Virus record (IMG/VR): IMGVR_UViG_3300032753_000003
Location: 64,001 to 128,000 of that record
Length of the DNA stretch: 64,000 nt
Source: a virus
Direction: 5' to 3' (one strand)
Under the pieces are notes generated by a model, which searched no databases, was not told where the DNA came from, and saw nothing but the letters and a program-made list of their open reading frames with translations. This document shows, one piece after another, positions 38,509 through 46,646 of the stretch. A program made the position numbers and the translations under genes. Every line of letters starts with the position of its first letter. The first letter of the stretch is position 1.

Positions 38509-38655
38509 ATGAAGCAACTTTTTATCAAATTAAGCTATTGTTGGCACATACCAATCAATATGGTTTCAAAATTCTTTAAGAGAATAAAACAAAAACATGA
38601 GTTCCACAAAAGTATGAAGAAGATGCGCAAACGAAATCCATTTATCTATAGATGA
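38509..38655 (+). CDS. 48 aa basic peptide ending RKRNPFIYR
   Basis: Open frame, stop overlaps next ATG. Confidence 0.65.
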   Translation: MKQLFIKLSYCWHIPINMVSKFFKRIKQKHEFHKSMKKMRKRNPFIYR

Positions 38656-39437
38656 GAATTATCGTGTCTGATCATAAACCAACGATTGCATTTTGTGGAG
38701 ATAGTTTTTGCGAATATGTAGACGATTGGAATCCGCAAGGTAGAACTTGGTTGAGATCAATAGTTGATCATTATGGATACAATGTTGTGCATAGTGGATT
38801 TGGTGGTAGCAGCATCTGGGATCTAGCAGTTATACAACTGCCCAAACTTTTGAAAGTAAAAAGTCTAATAGATGTTAACCAAGATACAGTATGTCCAGAT
38901 ACATTAATTATTACTATCACAAGTTCTTATAGAGTGTTTGATCGAACGCATAGAAATATAGGAAAATGGGTAATTGATAGCCAAAATTCAAAAACAGATC
39001 CAGTGTTATCAGCAGCCAGAGAATATTATCTGTGGTTATGGGACCAAGACAAAAGCTACCTAGAGGACAAAATGCTGATGCATTACCTCGACACAGTGGT
39101 ATTTGATCAATTAAAAAATAGATGCAAGATAATCTGCATGTGGTCATTTGGTACTATCAAATGGGATAATTTTGAACAACAGCACCCATTAGTAACGCAA
39201 TATGCACATATATGGGAAAATGCAGCCGAGATAAGGCCTAGCTTGCATAGTGTAAGCGTTATAGATAACAAATGGGGATTTTGGGATAATCTAGATCCTA
39301 GACCAAATCATCTAGAAGATCACAAGAATCCAATTGTGTTTGAAATGGTAAAAGATGCTATAGATCATTACGAGCCTGGCAAGATTTTTGATAACAGCAA
39401 TAAAATTGCAAAGCTCTGGGAAGGTTGGAAAAGATGA
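38652..39437 (+). CDS. SGNH-like hydrolase/acyltransferase
   Basis: FCGDSF, GFGGSS, RPNHL motifs. Confidence 0.55.
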   Translation: MRIIVSDHKPTIAFCGDSFCEYVDDWNPQGRTWLRSIVDHYGYNVVHSGFGGSSIWDLAVIQLPKLLKVKSLIDVNQDTVCPDTLIITITSSYRVFDRTHRNIGKWVIDSQNSKTDPVLSAAREYYLWLWDQDKSYLEDKMLMHYLDTVVFDQLKNRCKIICMWSFGTIKWDNFEQQHPLVTQYAHIWENAAEIRPSLHSVSVIDNKWGFWDNLDPRPNHLEDHKNPIVFEMVKDAIDHYEPGKIFDNSNKIAKLWEGWKR

Positions 39438-39544
39438 GTTTGATCAAATGGTTCAAAAACAAATGGCACATGATATCATTGCATATGCATAAACGCAAAC
39501 GTTTGGCAGAATTGCGTAAATCTAAAGATTACATATATAAATGA
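39434..39544 (+). CDS. 36 aa basic peptide ending LRKSKDYIYK
   Basis: Coupled to both neighbours by ATGA overlaps; resembles 38509 peptide. Confidence 0.65.
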   Translation: MSLIKWFKNKWHMISLHMHKRKRLAELRKSKDYIYK

Positions 39545-40998
39545 TAACTTGGGGTATAAGTGCAGGCGGTCACGATGCTGCTATAGCAGTTATCAAAGAT
39601 CAAGAGATAACGTGGGCTGCTCATAGCGAACGCTACAGCAAGGTTAAAGATTGTGATTGGCTAGATGTCAAGTTGATAGATGCTGCATTAGAATATGGTC
39701 GACCAGATAACATAGTTTGGCATGAACGCAATTGGCTAAAACGCACTAGAGAAATATTCATTGGAGATTGGGAAAGTGTATGGTCTTCGACACCCAAACA
39801 ACAGCTTAATGCGCTGGGATTAGGCAACATACCCATAAAATCTGTAAGTCATCATCACAGTCATGCAGCAGGTGGCTACTTCACAAGCGGTTTTACAAGT
39901 GCAGCTATATTGGTAGTAGATGCAGTGGGAGAATGGGAAACCATAACAGCATGGCATGCAACAGGAAACAACATCAGGAAGATAGCTAGTCTAAAATATC
40001 CGCAAAGTATGGGTATGTTCTACAGTGCTATGACACAGAGATGTGGATTTAAACCAAACGGCGAAGAATACATCATGATGGGTCTCAGCGCATTTGGAAA
40101 TTCTAACAATGTAGATTTGAGCGACATTATAACTGAAAATAAACATTGGCCTTTCTTTAGATTACAGCACAACTTGCATTGGGGTATTGGCGATTGGCAC
40201 ACAGAATATAACATAGCTGATATTGCCGCAGCAGCACAAGAAGCTTACACTTGTGTACTACTAAAAATCAGCAGTTGGTTAAAATCTTTAACTAACGAAC
40301 CCAATTTGGTACTAAGCGGTGGCTGTGCATTAAATTGCGTCGCTAATACAGCATTAGCCAAGCAAGGTCACTGGGATAATATCTGGATCATGCCAAATTC
40401 GGGAGACGCAGGTAATAGTTTAGGTGCGGCGGTGGCTTATTGTACGCAACATGTGCAATGGTCGGGACCTTACCTGGGGCACAACATAATAGGAGAATAT
40501 CCCGTAGACCTATTACTACAAGAATTGCTAGCAGGACGCCCTGTTGGAGTAGCAAATGGTAGAGCTGAGTTTGGTCCAAGAGCATTGGGTAATAGGAGCT
40601 TGTTAGTTGATCCTAGATTACCTGATATAAAATCAACATTAAACAAGCTAAAACATCGAGAAGAATTTAGACCTTTTGCACCAGTTATACTAGCAGAACA
40701 TGCTGCTAGCTGGTTTGAAGATATAGGTCAAGACCTAAGCTATATGCAATATGCCGTTAAGTGTTTGCGTCCAACTGAAATACCAGGGGTTGTACACGTA
40801 GACGGTACTAGCAGAGTGCAAACTGTAAAAATGAGTCAAAATTTTGGTTTGCATAGACTATTGTCAAAATGGTATGCAAAAACTGGATGTCCGGTATTAG
40901 TAAATACCAGTCTAAATTGCAAAGGCGAGCCGATAGTAAATGACTTGTACGATGCAAACAAATTTGAACAGACAACTGGTATTAGAGTATTAACCTAA
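39541..40998 (+). CDS. carbamoyltransferase (CmcH/NodU/TobZ family)
   Basis: HDAAIA, ER.S..K, HH.SHAA, E.GPRALGNRS, RE.FRPFAP, VDGTSRVQ, NTSLN. Confidence 0.92.
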   Translation: MITWGISAGGHDAAIAVIKDQEITWAAHSERYSKVKDCDWLDVKLIDAALEYGRPDNIVWHERNWLKRTREIFIGDWESVWSSTPKQQLNALGLGNIPIKSVSHHHSHAAGGYFTSGFTSAAILVVDAVGEWETITAWHATGNNIRKIASLKYPQSMGMFYSAMTQRCGFKPNGEEYIMMGLSAFGNSNNVDLSDIITENKHWPFFRLQHNLHWGIGDWHTEYNIADIAAAAQEAYTCVLLKISSWLKSLTNEPNLVLSGGCALNCVANTALAKQGHWDNIWIMPNSGDAGNSLGAAVAYCTQHVQWSGPYLGHNIIGEYPVDLLLQELLAGRPVGVANGRAEFGPRALGNRSLLVDPRLPDIKSTLNKLKHREEFRPFAPVILAEHAASWFEDIGQDLSYMQYAVKCLRPTEIPGVVHVDGTSRVQTVKMSQNFGLHRLLSKWYAKTGCPVLVNTSLNCKGEPIVNDLYDANKFEQTTGIRVLT

Positions 40999-41008
40999 AG
41001 GTCATAGA

Positions 41009-41803
41009 ATGATATGCATGATTGGCAGTAGTTTCAGCAGAGGCGCACAAGGTGCAGACTATTATAATATAGACGCTTATATACACAACTTATTAGCAAA
41101 AGAACTAGATTGTGAAGTGGTCAACTTGGCAGTTCCGGGACACGGATGCGAACTATATCTAGAAAATTACATGATGGCTAGCAAGGAATACAAACCAAAA
41201 TTATTTTTAGCTGAGATATGGCTAGACAGAACATTTTGCAATTTATGGTTATCCACTCATGCTGCTAAAAAACATGCAGAATTATCTCCGCATGAATTAT
41301 ACTCAAATAGTTTTCCTATCGGTACCAATAATGGTCAACACTACGATCATAAAGATCTATGGGATTATAAATTGTTTAGGTATGATGACATAGATGATAG
41401 ATATCGGATGTTGTTTAATCAATTACCTATCTTGGCACACGATCCAAAAGAAATTTTAAACATGTATGAAAACCTAGGTGTATATCTCGAACACGATTGG
41501 GTTTTGACTCTGCGTACCATTAGATATCTCATGAGTGTTGAAAATGCAGCACAGCTAGTAGGTATTCCCGTGTTATGGTGGACTTATTTTGATATGCCAA
41601 TGTTCACAAAATTTTCAGATAGCTTGCCACCAGATAGACATCTTAATACATGGAGTGGTATTAATGTTGGTACTTGTCAATGGGCCAAACAAAAACTAAA
41701 CAGCAAGCATTTAGCAGACAAATGTCATTTGACTGCTCAAGCAGATACTATGGTAGTGAAGGAACTTATGGCACCATTCATACAACATCATTTGAAACAA
41801 TAG
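41009..41803 (+). CDS. SGNH-like protein
   Basis: IGSSFS, VNLAVPGHG, DKCHL. Confidence 0.5.
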   Translation: MICMIGSSFSRGAQGADYYNIDAYIHNLLAKELDCEVVNLAVPGHGCELYLENYMMASKEYKPKLFLAEIWLDRTFCNLWLSTHAAKKHAELSPHELYSNSFPIGTNNGQHYDHKDLWDYKLFRYDDIDDRYRMLFNQLPILAHDPKEILNMYENLGVYLEHDWVLTLRTIRYLMSVENAAQLVGIPVLWWTYFDMPMFTKFSDSLPPDRHLNTWSGINVGTCQWAKQKLNSKHLADKCHLTAQADTMVVKELMAPFIQHHLKQ

Positions 41804-41832
41804 GTTGACAGCAATCTAAAAGATGCTATTGT
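41804..41832 (+). promoter_or_regulatory. early promoter upstream of candidate ncRNA
   Basis: gttgacagcaatctaaaagatgctattgt. Confidence 0.8.
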
Positions 41833-41871
41833 ATATGAGTAAATGCTGTTTGACAAATTAGAAAGCTTATG

Positions 41872-42122
41872 CTTTGCTAGAGTAAAGCACGCACTGTGTC
41901 GCGAAAGATCCAGTGAGCTAAGATAGACAGGTCTTGCTCACAAACTGTTTACGCCAGCAGCTGATAGACCCGGCCAGGTTGAATTGATGTTGGTAGTTTA
42001 AGTAGGCTGAAAACCGGAGAACGAGGTTAGGTGCAAGCTCCACAGCAAGGCTCTAACTAGGGATCCAATTGCAGAGATTCGAGACACTCTGCCCAATGTT
42101 TCAGCTGCCGGCGTAAACAGTT
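41872..42122 (+). ncRNA. candidate structured RNA; 180 nt domain closed by 22 bp stem with one mismatch
   Basis: aactgtttacgcc-a-gcagctga (41943-41964) / tcagctgc-c-ggcgtaaacagtt (42101-42122); promoter at 41804. Confidence 0.65.
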
Positions 42123-42187
42123 ATGTAAAAAATTATAGTCCAAAAAAGATTAATGTATTATAATATAAATATCGTAACTTGAGTTTT

Positions 42188-42265
42188 CAGGGTATCGCCT
42201 AGCCTGGTATGGCACCAGTTTTGGGTACTGGAATAACGGTGGTTCGAATCCGCCTACCCTGACCA
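42188..42265 (+). tRNA. tRNA-Pro(UGG)
   Basis: ccagt-TTTGGGT-actgg; CCA. Confidence 0.92.
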
Positions 42266-42273
42266 ATAATAAT

Positions 42274-42349
42274 GGGGCCTTAGCTCATTCAGGAGAGCGC
42301 CTGCTTTGCAAGCAGGGGGTGGTCGGGGCAGAGCCGACAGGCTCCACCA
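42274..42349 (+). tRNA. tRNA-Ala(UGC)
   Basis: G3:U70, cctgc-TTTGCAA-gcagg; T-loop GGCAGAG; CCA. Confidence 0.9.
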
Positions 42350-42396
42350 TTATTTTATTATTCAAAACCATTTACTCATCAAAAAATTTAACAAAC

Positions 42397-42471
42397 GGTT
42401 CCATAGTGTACTGGTGCGCACAACGGTCTGTCTAATCGTTAGAGGGGGTTCAAATCCCTCTGGGATCGCCA
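42397..42471 (+). tRNA. tRNA-Asp(GUC)
   Basis: acggt-CTGTCTA-atcgt; GCCA. Confidence 0.88.
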
Positions 42472-42541
42472 ACGAATATATTGACATATAGACGTTTTTA
42501 AGTAACTATATATTATAATTTAATTTTAGGAAAGGTGCATT

Positions 42542-42804
42542 ATGTCAGAAAACGATAACAAGATCAAGGTCATATTTGCACCAGGTGCATTTGATAATTT
42601 CGAAGGCACTCAATAGAAGAACTCGAAGAGATAATTCAAGAGATTACAGCTATGGCCAAAATCGGCGAGCTAATAGATCACGCAAGGTTGATAAATGAAG
42701 ACGATTTCAATGATATTCCTGATGATGTTATAATGCAGTTGGCAAGCGGATTTGGCCTTATCGAAGACGAAGAAGTTGAAACTCGCAAGAGACCATTAAA
42801 TTAA
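42542..42804 (+). pseudogene. small acidic protein frameshifted at 42614-42615
   Basis: FAPGAFDNFEGTQ continues as EELEEIIQEI.. in another frame after 2 extra nt. Confidence 0.65.
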
Positions 42805-42808
42805 GAAT

Positions 42809-43549
42809 ATGTACGGCGGTGTGAAGAAACAACTTTGTGGTAAATGCTACAAAGAAATATCAGTTAATAACTTCAACCGGCATTACATATCATGCCTGGC
42901 ATCTGTACCTAAAAAAATACGCGGTATCGACTTTGATCCAAATATAGGATTTAAAAATGGTACAAGGCATGCATGGAACAAAGGATTATCTAAAAATACA
43001 GATAATAGAGTTTTAAAGAACGGGCTGGCTTTAAAGGGGCATCCAAACATTGGTAAATGTGCCGATCCAGAAAAAGAAAAACAACGTATATGTAAATTAT
43101 CTGTTAATGCTAAAAAGCAAGGTTTTGGAGGATACAATAAAAATGCAGGCCATTCTAAAAAATTTAAATATCAAGATAGCTTTGGTAATATTGTAACACT
43201 ACAATCAACCTACGAATTAGATACTGCTAAACTATTAGATAGTTTAAATATTAAATGGATAAGACCATCTTATTTGACATATTATAATAAAAAGTATTAT
43301 CCAGATTTTTTATTAGTTGATTATAACATATATTTAGATCCAAAAAACTCATATCTGGCAATAAAGGATAAAGATAAAATACGACTTGCATCTGAACAGA
43401 ACAATGTTAAAATATTCATACTAGAACAGACGCAAATAAACAAAGAATATATAAACACTATATTGGCGCGTAACTCAGCGGTAGAGTGCAATCCTGATAA
43501 GATTGAAGTCGGTGGTTCAACTCCATCCGCGCCAACCAACTACATGTGA
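42809..43549 (+). mobile_element. PD-(D/E)XK-type homing endonuclease-like ORF reading through tRNA-Ile
   Basis: S.YE...A..LD...IKW.RP, Y.PDF.L......DPK; NUMOD-like AWNKGL. Confidence 0.75.
43464..43538 (+). tRNA. tRNA-Ile(GAU)
   Basis: caatc-CTGATAA-gattg; ACCA. Confidence 0.9.
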
Positions 43550-43664
43550 GAAACGCATTTGGTAATGCAGCACAGGCATGTGCGTCCTGAGGTTCAATTC
43601 CTTTTGTGTCTCTGCAAGAGATGCTAGTTTGGAACAGTGCAAGTTCGATTCTTGCTGCTCACAT
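43544..43664 (+). ncRNA. tRNA-like RNA with GGCA-capped anticodon arm and two T-loops
   Basis: atgtgag/ctcacat ends; gcat-TTGGTA-atgc; gcaca-GGCA-tgtgc; TTCAATT and TTCGATT loops. Confidence 0.6.
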
Positions 43665-43743
43665 TTTATTTAGACAACATTGTTATATGAATTTATAATA
43701 ATGATATTGGGAGAGTACTTAAAATACAAAAGTAGAGTATAGA

Positions 43744-43828
43744 TCGGGGATAGTTTAATTGGTAAAACTTCGGACTTTGACTCCGATAACAGATAATGCT
43801 AGTGCAGGTTCGAATCCTGCTCCCCGAT
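43744..43828 (+). tRNA. tRNA-Gln(UUG) with 17 nt variable region, no CCA, inside an 18 bp inverted repeat (43733-43838)
   Basis: tcgga-CTTTGAC-tccga; tagagtataga/tctatactcta extends the acceptor. Confidence 0.8.
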
Positions 43829-43907
43829 CTATACTCTATTATGATTCATTGATATAATCGAACCTTCAATTATATTGTGTATAAATACATTATATTGAGG
43901 TTCAATT

Positions 43908-44543
43908 ATGACAAAAATATGTCCCAAATGTTTTACTGAGTTTGATCCGGGTAAATAGAACAAATTATTTTGTTCTAGAAAATGCGCAAATAGTAGAGTA
44001 TTTTCATCAGAAACTAATAGCAGGCGTTCCGTTAGCGTTAAACTTGCAAGGTCTAAATTTAGTAATGACGAGTTACAAGAAATTGCACAAAAACGATTAA
44101 GATCTTATAGGAAAACAAAGCCAGAAATACATTGTAAATGCGGCAAAAAAATTTCAAGATCTAATAAACATAAAATGTGTATAGATTGTTATCGACAAAG
44201 CGATGTATTTTTAGAAGTGTGCGGGCATTATCATAAAAATTATAAACGTATGAAAGTAATTGATTCATTTGGTAACAACGTATTATTGTTGTCATCTTTA
44301 GAAATAAAATATTTTCAATATCTTTCTAACAACCATATAAAATGGATGAAACCTCCTGCTATCAAATACACAGATAATATAGGAAAGACACATATATATT
44401 TTGCAGATTTTTACTTAGTTGATACTAACGAAACAATTGAAGTAAAGGGATATTGGTGGAATAACGATAAACAGAAGATGAAATGGGTTATTGAACAACA
44501 TCCAGAATTAAATATAAAAATTTTAACAAGAAAAGATATTTAA
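43908..44543 (+). pseudogene. Zn-finger + PD-(D/E)XK endonuclease-like gene with in-frame TAG (43956-43958)
   Basis: MTKICPKC..PGK*NKLFCSRKCANS is in frame with ORF 44175; Y.ADFY...IEVKG. Confidence 0.75.
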
Positions 44544-44601
44544 TATATTTGCCAAAAATTCAGTTGCACTAATAGATGCAACGTGTATAATAAACGTATA
44601 G

Positions 44602-44686
44602 GCCCGCTTGGTGGAATTGGTAGACATAAGGGACTTAAAATCCCTCGCTTAATAGCATGCCGGTTCGAGTCCGGCAGCGGGCACCA
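44602..44686 (+). tRNA. tRNA-Leu(UAA)
   Basis: aggga-CTTAAAA-tccct; ACCA. Confidence 0.92.
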
Positions 44687-44705
44687 AACTTAACAGGAAC
44701 AGCAG

Positions 44706-45158
44706 ATGACTGCCACAGAGAATCTCAACAAATGGGACAAGCGATTCATTGAACTAGCCAACCATGTGTCAACATGGAGCAAGGATCCGCGTACCAAAGT
44801 TGGTGCAGTGGTTGTGTCGCCTGACCGCAGAGTCATCAGTCTTGGTTACAATGGGTTCCCCCGTGGTGTTGAGGATACTGATGAGCGATTGACAGATAGA
44901 GCCACCAAATTGAGATTTGTAGCCCATGCTGAGCGCAATGCTCTGGACAACTGTGATCAGAACATGCGAGATTGCACCATGTATGTCACGCTGCAACCCT
45001 GTGCCGAATGCACCAAGAGCATTATACAAAGGGGTATCAAGCGAGTGATCTGCATACTGGATCATTCACGACCTGAGTATGTAGCTGATTTTGTAGATTA
45101 CAGTGCAGCAATGATGCAGGAAGCTGGCGTTGAAGTAGTGAGTATTGATATAACCTGA
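44706..45158 (+). CDS. dCMP deaminase
   Basis: SKDP.TKVGAV, GYNGFP, HAERNA, PCAEC. Confidence 0.9.
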   Translation: MTATENLNKWDKRFIELANHVSTWSKDPRTKVGAVVVSPDRRVISLGYNGFPRGVEDTDERLTDRATKLRFVAHAERNALDNCDQNMRDCTMYVTLQPCAECTKSIIQRGIKRVICILDHSRPEYVADFVDYSAAMMQEAGVEVVSIDIT

Positions 45159-45200
45159 GTAAGTGTTGTTAGAGGCACGCTGGTCTGTGGAAACAAACTG

Positions 45201-45229
45201 GTTGACAGCATGTGTAAACGTGCTATTGT
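45201..45229 (+). promoter_or_regulatory. early promoter variant
   Basis: gttgacagcatgtgtaaacgtgctattgt. Confidence 0.75.
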
Positions 45230-45236
45230 AAGACAT

Positions 45237-45312
45237 GGACTGGTAGTATAACGGTTAATGCGCCCGCCTCATAAGCGGTCCTATGTAGGTTCGAATCCTA
45301 CCCGGTCCACCA
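45237..45312 (+). tRNA. tRNA-CAU (Met or Ile2)
   Basis: cccgc-CTCATAA-gcggt; ACCA. Confidence 0.88.
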
Positions 45313-45319
45313 AAGTTTA

Positions 45320-45400
45320 GCCCCGTCAACGTGGGATGCGTCGGTCCAGAGGTAACGTTACTGGACTGGGAGTGCGGTTCAAATCCGACGCGGGGCGCCA
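45320..45400 (+). ncRNA. tRNA-like gene with 11 nt self-complementary anticodon region
   Basis: gccccgt/gcggggc + GCCA; gtccag-AGGTAACGTTA-ctggac; TTCAAAT loop. Confidence 0.65.
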
Positions 45401-45458
45401 AAGTTTTAACTGTTAATCCGTTTATGGTATAAATACTATATTAAATGGATTAACAGTT

Positions 45459-46136
45459 ATGGATTATCAAAGTCATTATAATCGCCTAATAGGACGAGCT
45501 AGAGTGCGATCATTGTCCGGTTATGGCGAAAAGCACCACATACTTCCGCGATGCATGGGAGGAGATGATAGCGACGGTAATCTGGTTACTCTTACAGCCA
45601 GAGAGCACTTTATCGCACATCTGCTTTTAGTTAAGATATATGGTAACGATTTTAGATTGATCAAAGCAGCGGCAATGATGTGTATGGGTCAAGACCAACG
45701 CAAGATGAATAACAAGCTCTACAGCAAATTTAGAGAGTTATGGCGAGCAGCTATGTCTGATAGCCAAACAGGTCAAGGTAACTCGCAATGGGGCACTAAA
45801 TGGATTTACAGCGATACTCTCAAATTATCTCGGAAAATTCCTAAAGAACAAGATATACCGAATGGATGGAATTTAGGTAGGATAGTGAACTTTGATAAGA
45901 AACCTCGGCCGTTACCAACTAAAGATAAACGACGAGATATAATAAGAGAGAAAAATACTGCGCTGGCAAGAAACCTGTACAATAGTTATGTAAATGGTAA
46001 TTTTGTATCGATAAGAGACTTTTGTAGGTTAGGAAATTATACAAAATCGCATGTATCTTTAACAAAGATGTGGAAAAAGTTTATTCCTGAATTCGCTGAT
46101 AATGTTAAACCAGGAAAAAGGTTTATTCCTAAGTAG
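45459..46136 (+). mobile_element. HNH homing endonuclease; stop codon lies within tRNA-Asn 5' end
   Basis: HHILPRCMGG.D...NLV.LTAREHF.AH.LL motif. Confidence 0.88.
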
Positions 46137-46202
46137 CACAACTGGTAGTGCGCCGCACTGTTAATGCGGAGGTTGCTGGATCGTACCCAGCCTTAGGAGC
46201 CA
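46127..46202 (+). tRNA. tRNA-Asn(GUU), second copy
   Basis: ccgca-CTGTTAA-tgcgg; GCCA. Confidence 0.9.
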
Positions 46203-46337
46203 ATTGGCAAGGGGAACAACCGGGCAGTCCGGCGTGAAGAACGCATGGCAACGCGGCCCCTTGCTGCTGAGGTTAGAGGGTTGTAGGTGACCTGTACGGA
46301 CTGGGAACCTTCAAACACATTATAAATATGTGTATAC

Positions 46338-46426
46338 GGAGGGTTATCAAGCCTGGGATGCTTGCACGGTCTTGAAAACCGTCGGAACCTTTGGGTCAGG
46401 AGTTCGATTCTGCCAGCCCTCCGCCA
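46338..46426 (+). tRNA. tRNA-Ser(UGA), 8/4-type
   Basis: ggagggtt/agccctcc 8 bp; acggt-CTTGAAA-accgt; GCCA. Confidence 0.88.
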
Positions 46427-46444
46427 TTAATTCAAATGTTATGT

Positions 46445-46537
46445 GGAAGAGAAACTAGCTGGGAGCTAGTACTGATTGGAAATCAGTGGGGACCGTATCT
46501 GTTACGGTCTGCGGATCGAGACCGCTCTCTTCCTCCA
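46445..46537 (+). tRNA. tRNA-Ser(GGA), 8/4-type
   Basis: ggaagaga/tctcttcc 8 bp, gcgg/ccgc 4 bp T stem, 6 bp D stem, TTGGAAA loop. Confidence 0.88.
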
Positions 46538-46543
46538 CTATGC

Positions 46544-46635
46544 GGAAAAGTATCTCAGGTGGCCCTAGGTACGGCGTCGAATACCGTCAGTACCTTTGGT
46601 TTGGTATGGAGATCGACACTACCACTTTTCCACCA
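46544..46635 (+). tRNA. atypical 8/4 tRNA, anticodon probably CGA (Ser-like) with A73
   Basis: ggaaaagt/acttttcc 8 bp; acggc-GTCGAAT-accgt; long V arm; ACCA. Confidence 0.65.
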
Positions 46636-46646
46636 TAAATATCAAC

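Noticed and set aside
37336-43803. AACAGATAATGCTAGT as a CRISPR repeat
   Set aside because: Three copies, irregular spacing, each embedded in a tRNA body; no cas genes seen.
5298-43958. Stop-codon reassignment (TAG to Gln or TGA to Trp)
   Set aside because: The internal stops are of all three types, many clear genes end in TAG or TGA, frameshifts are equally common, and no CUA/UUA/UCA suppressor tRNA was found.
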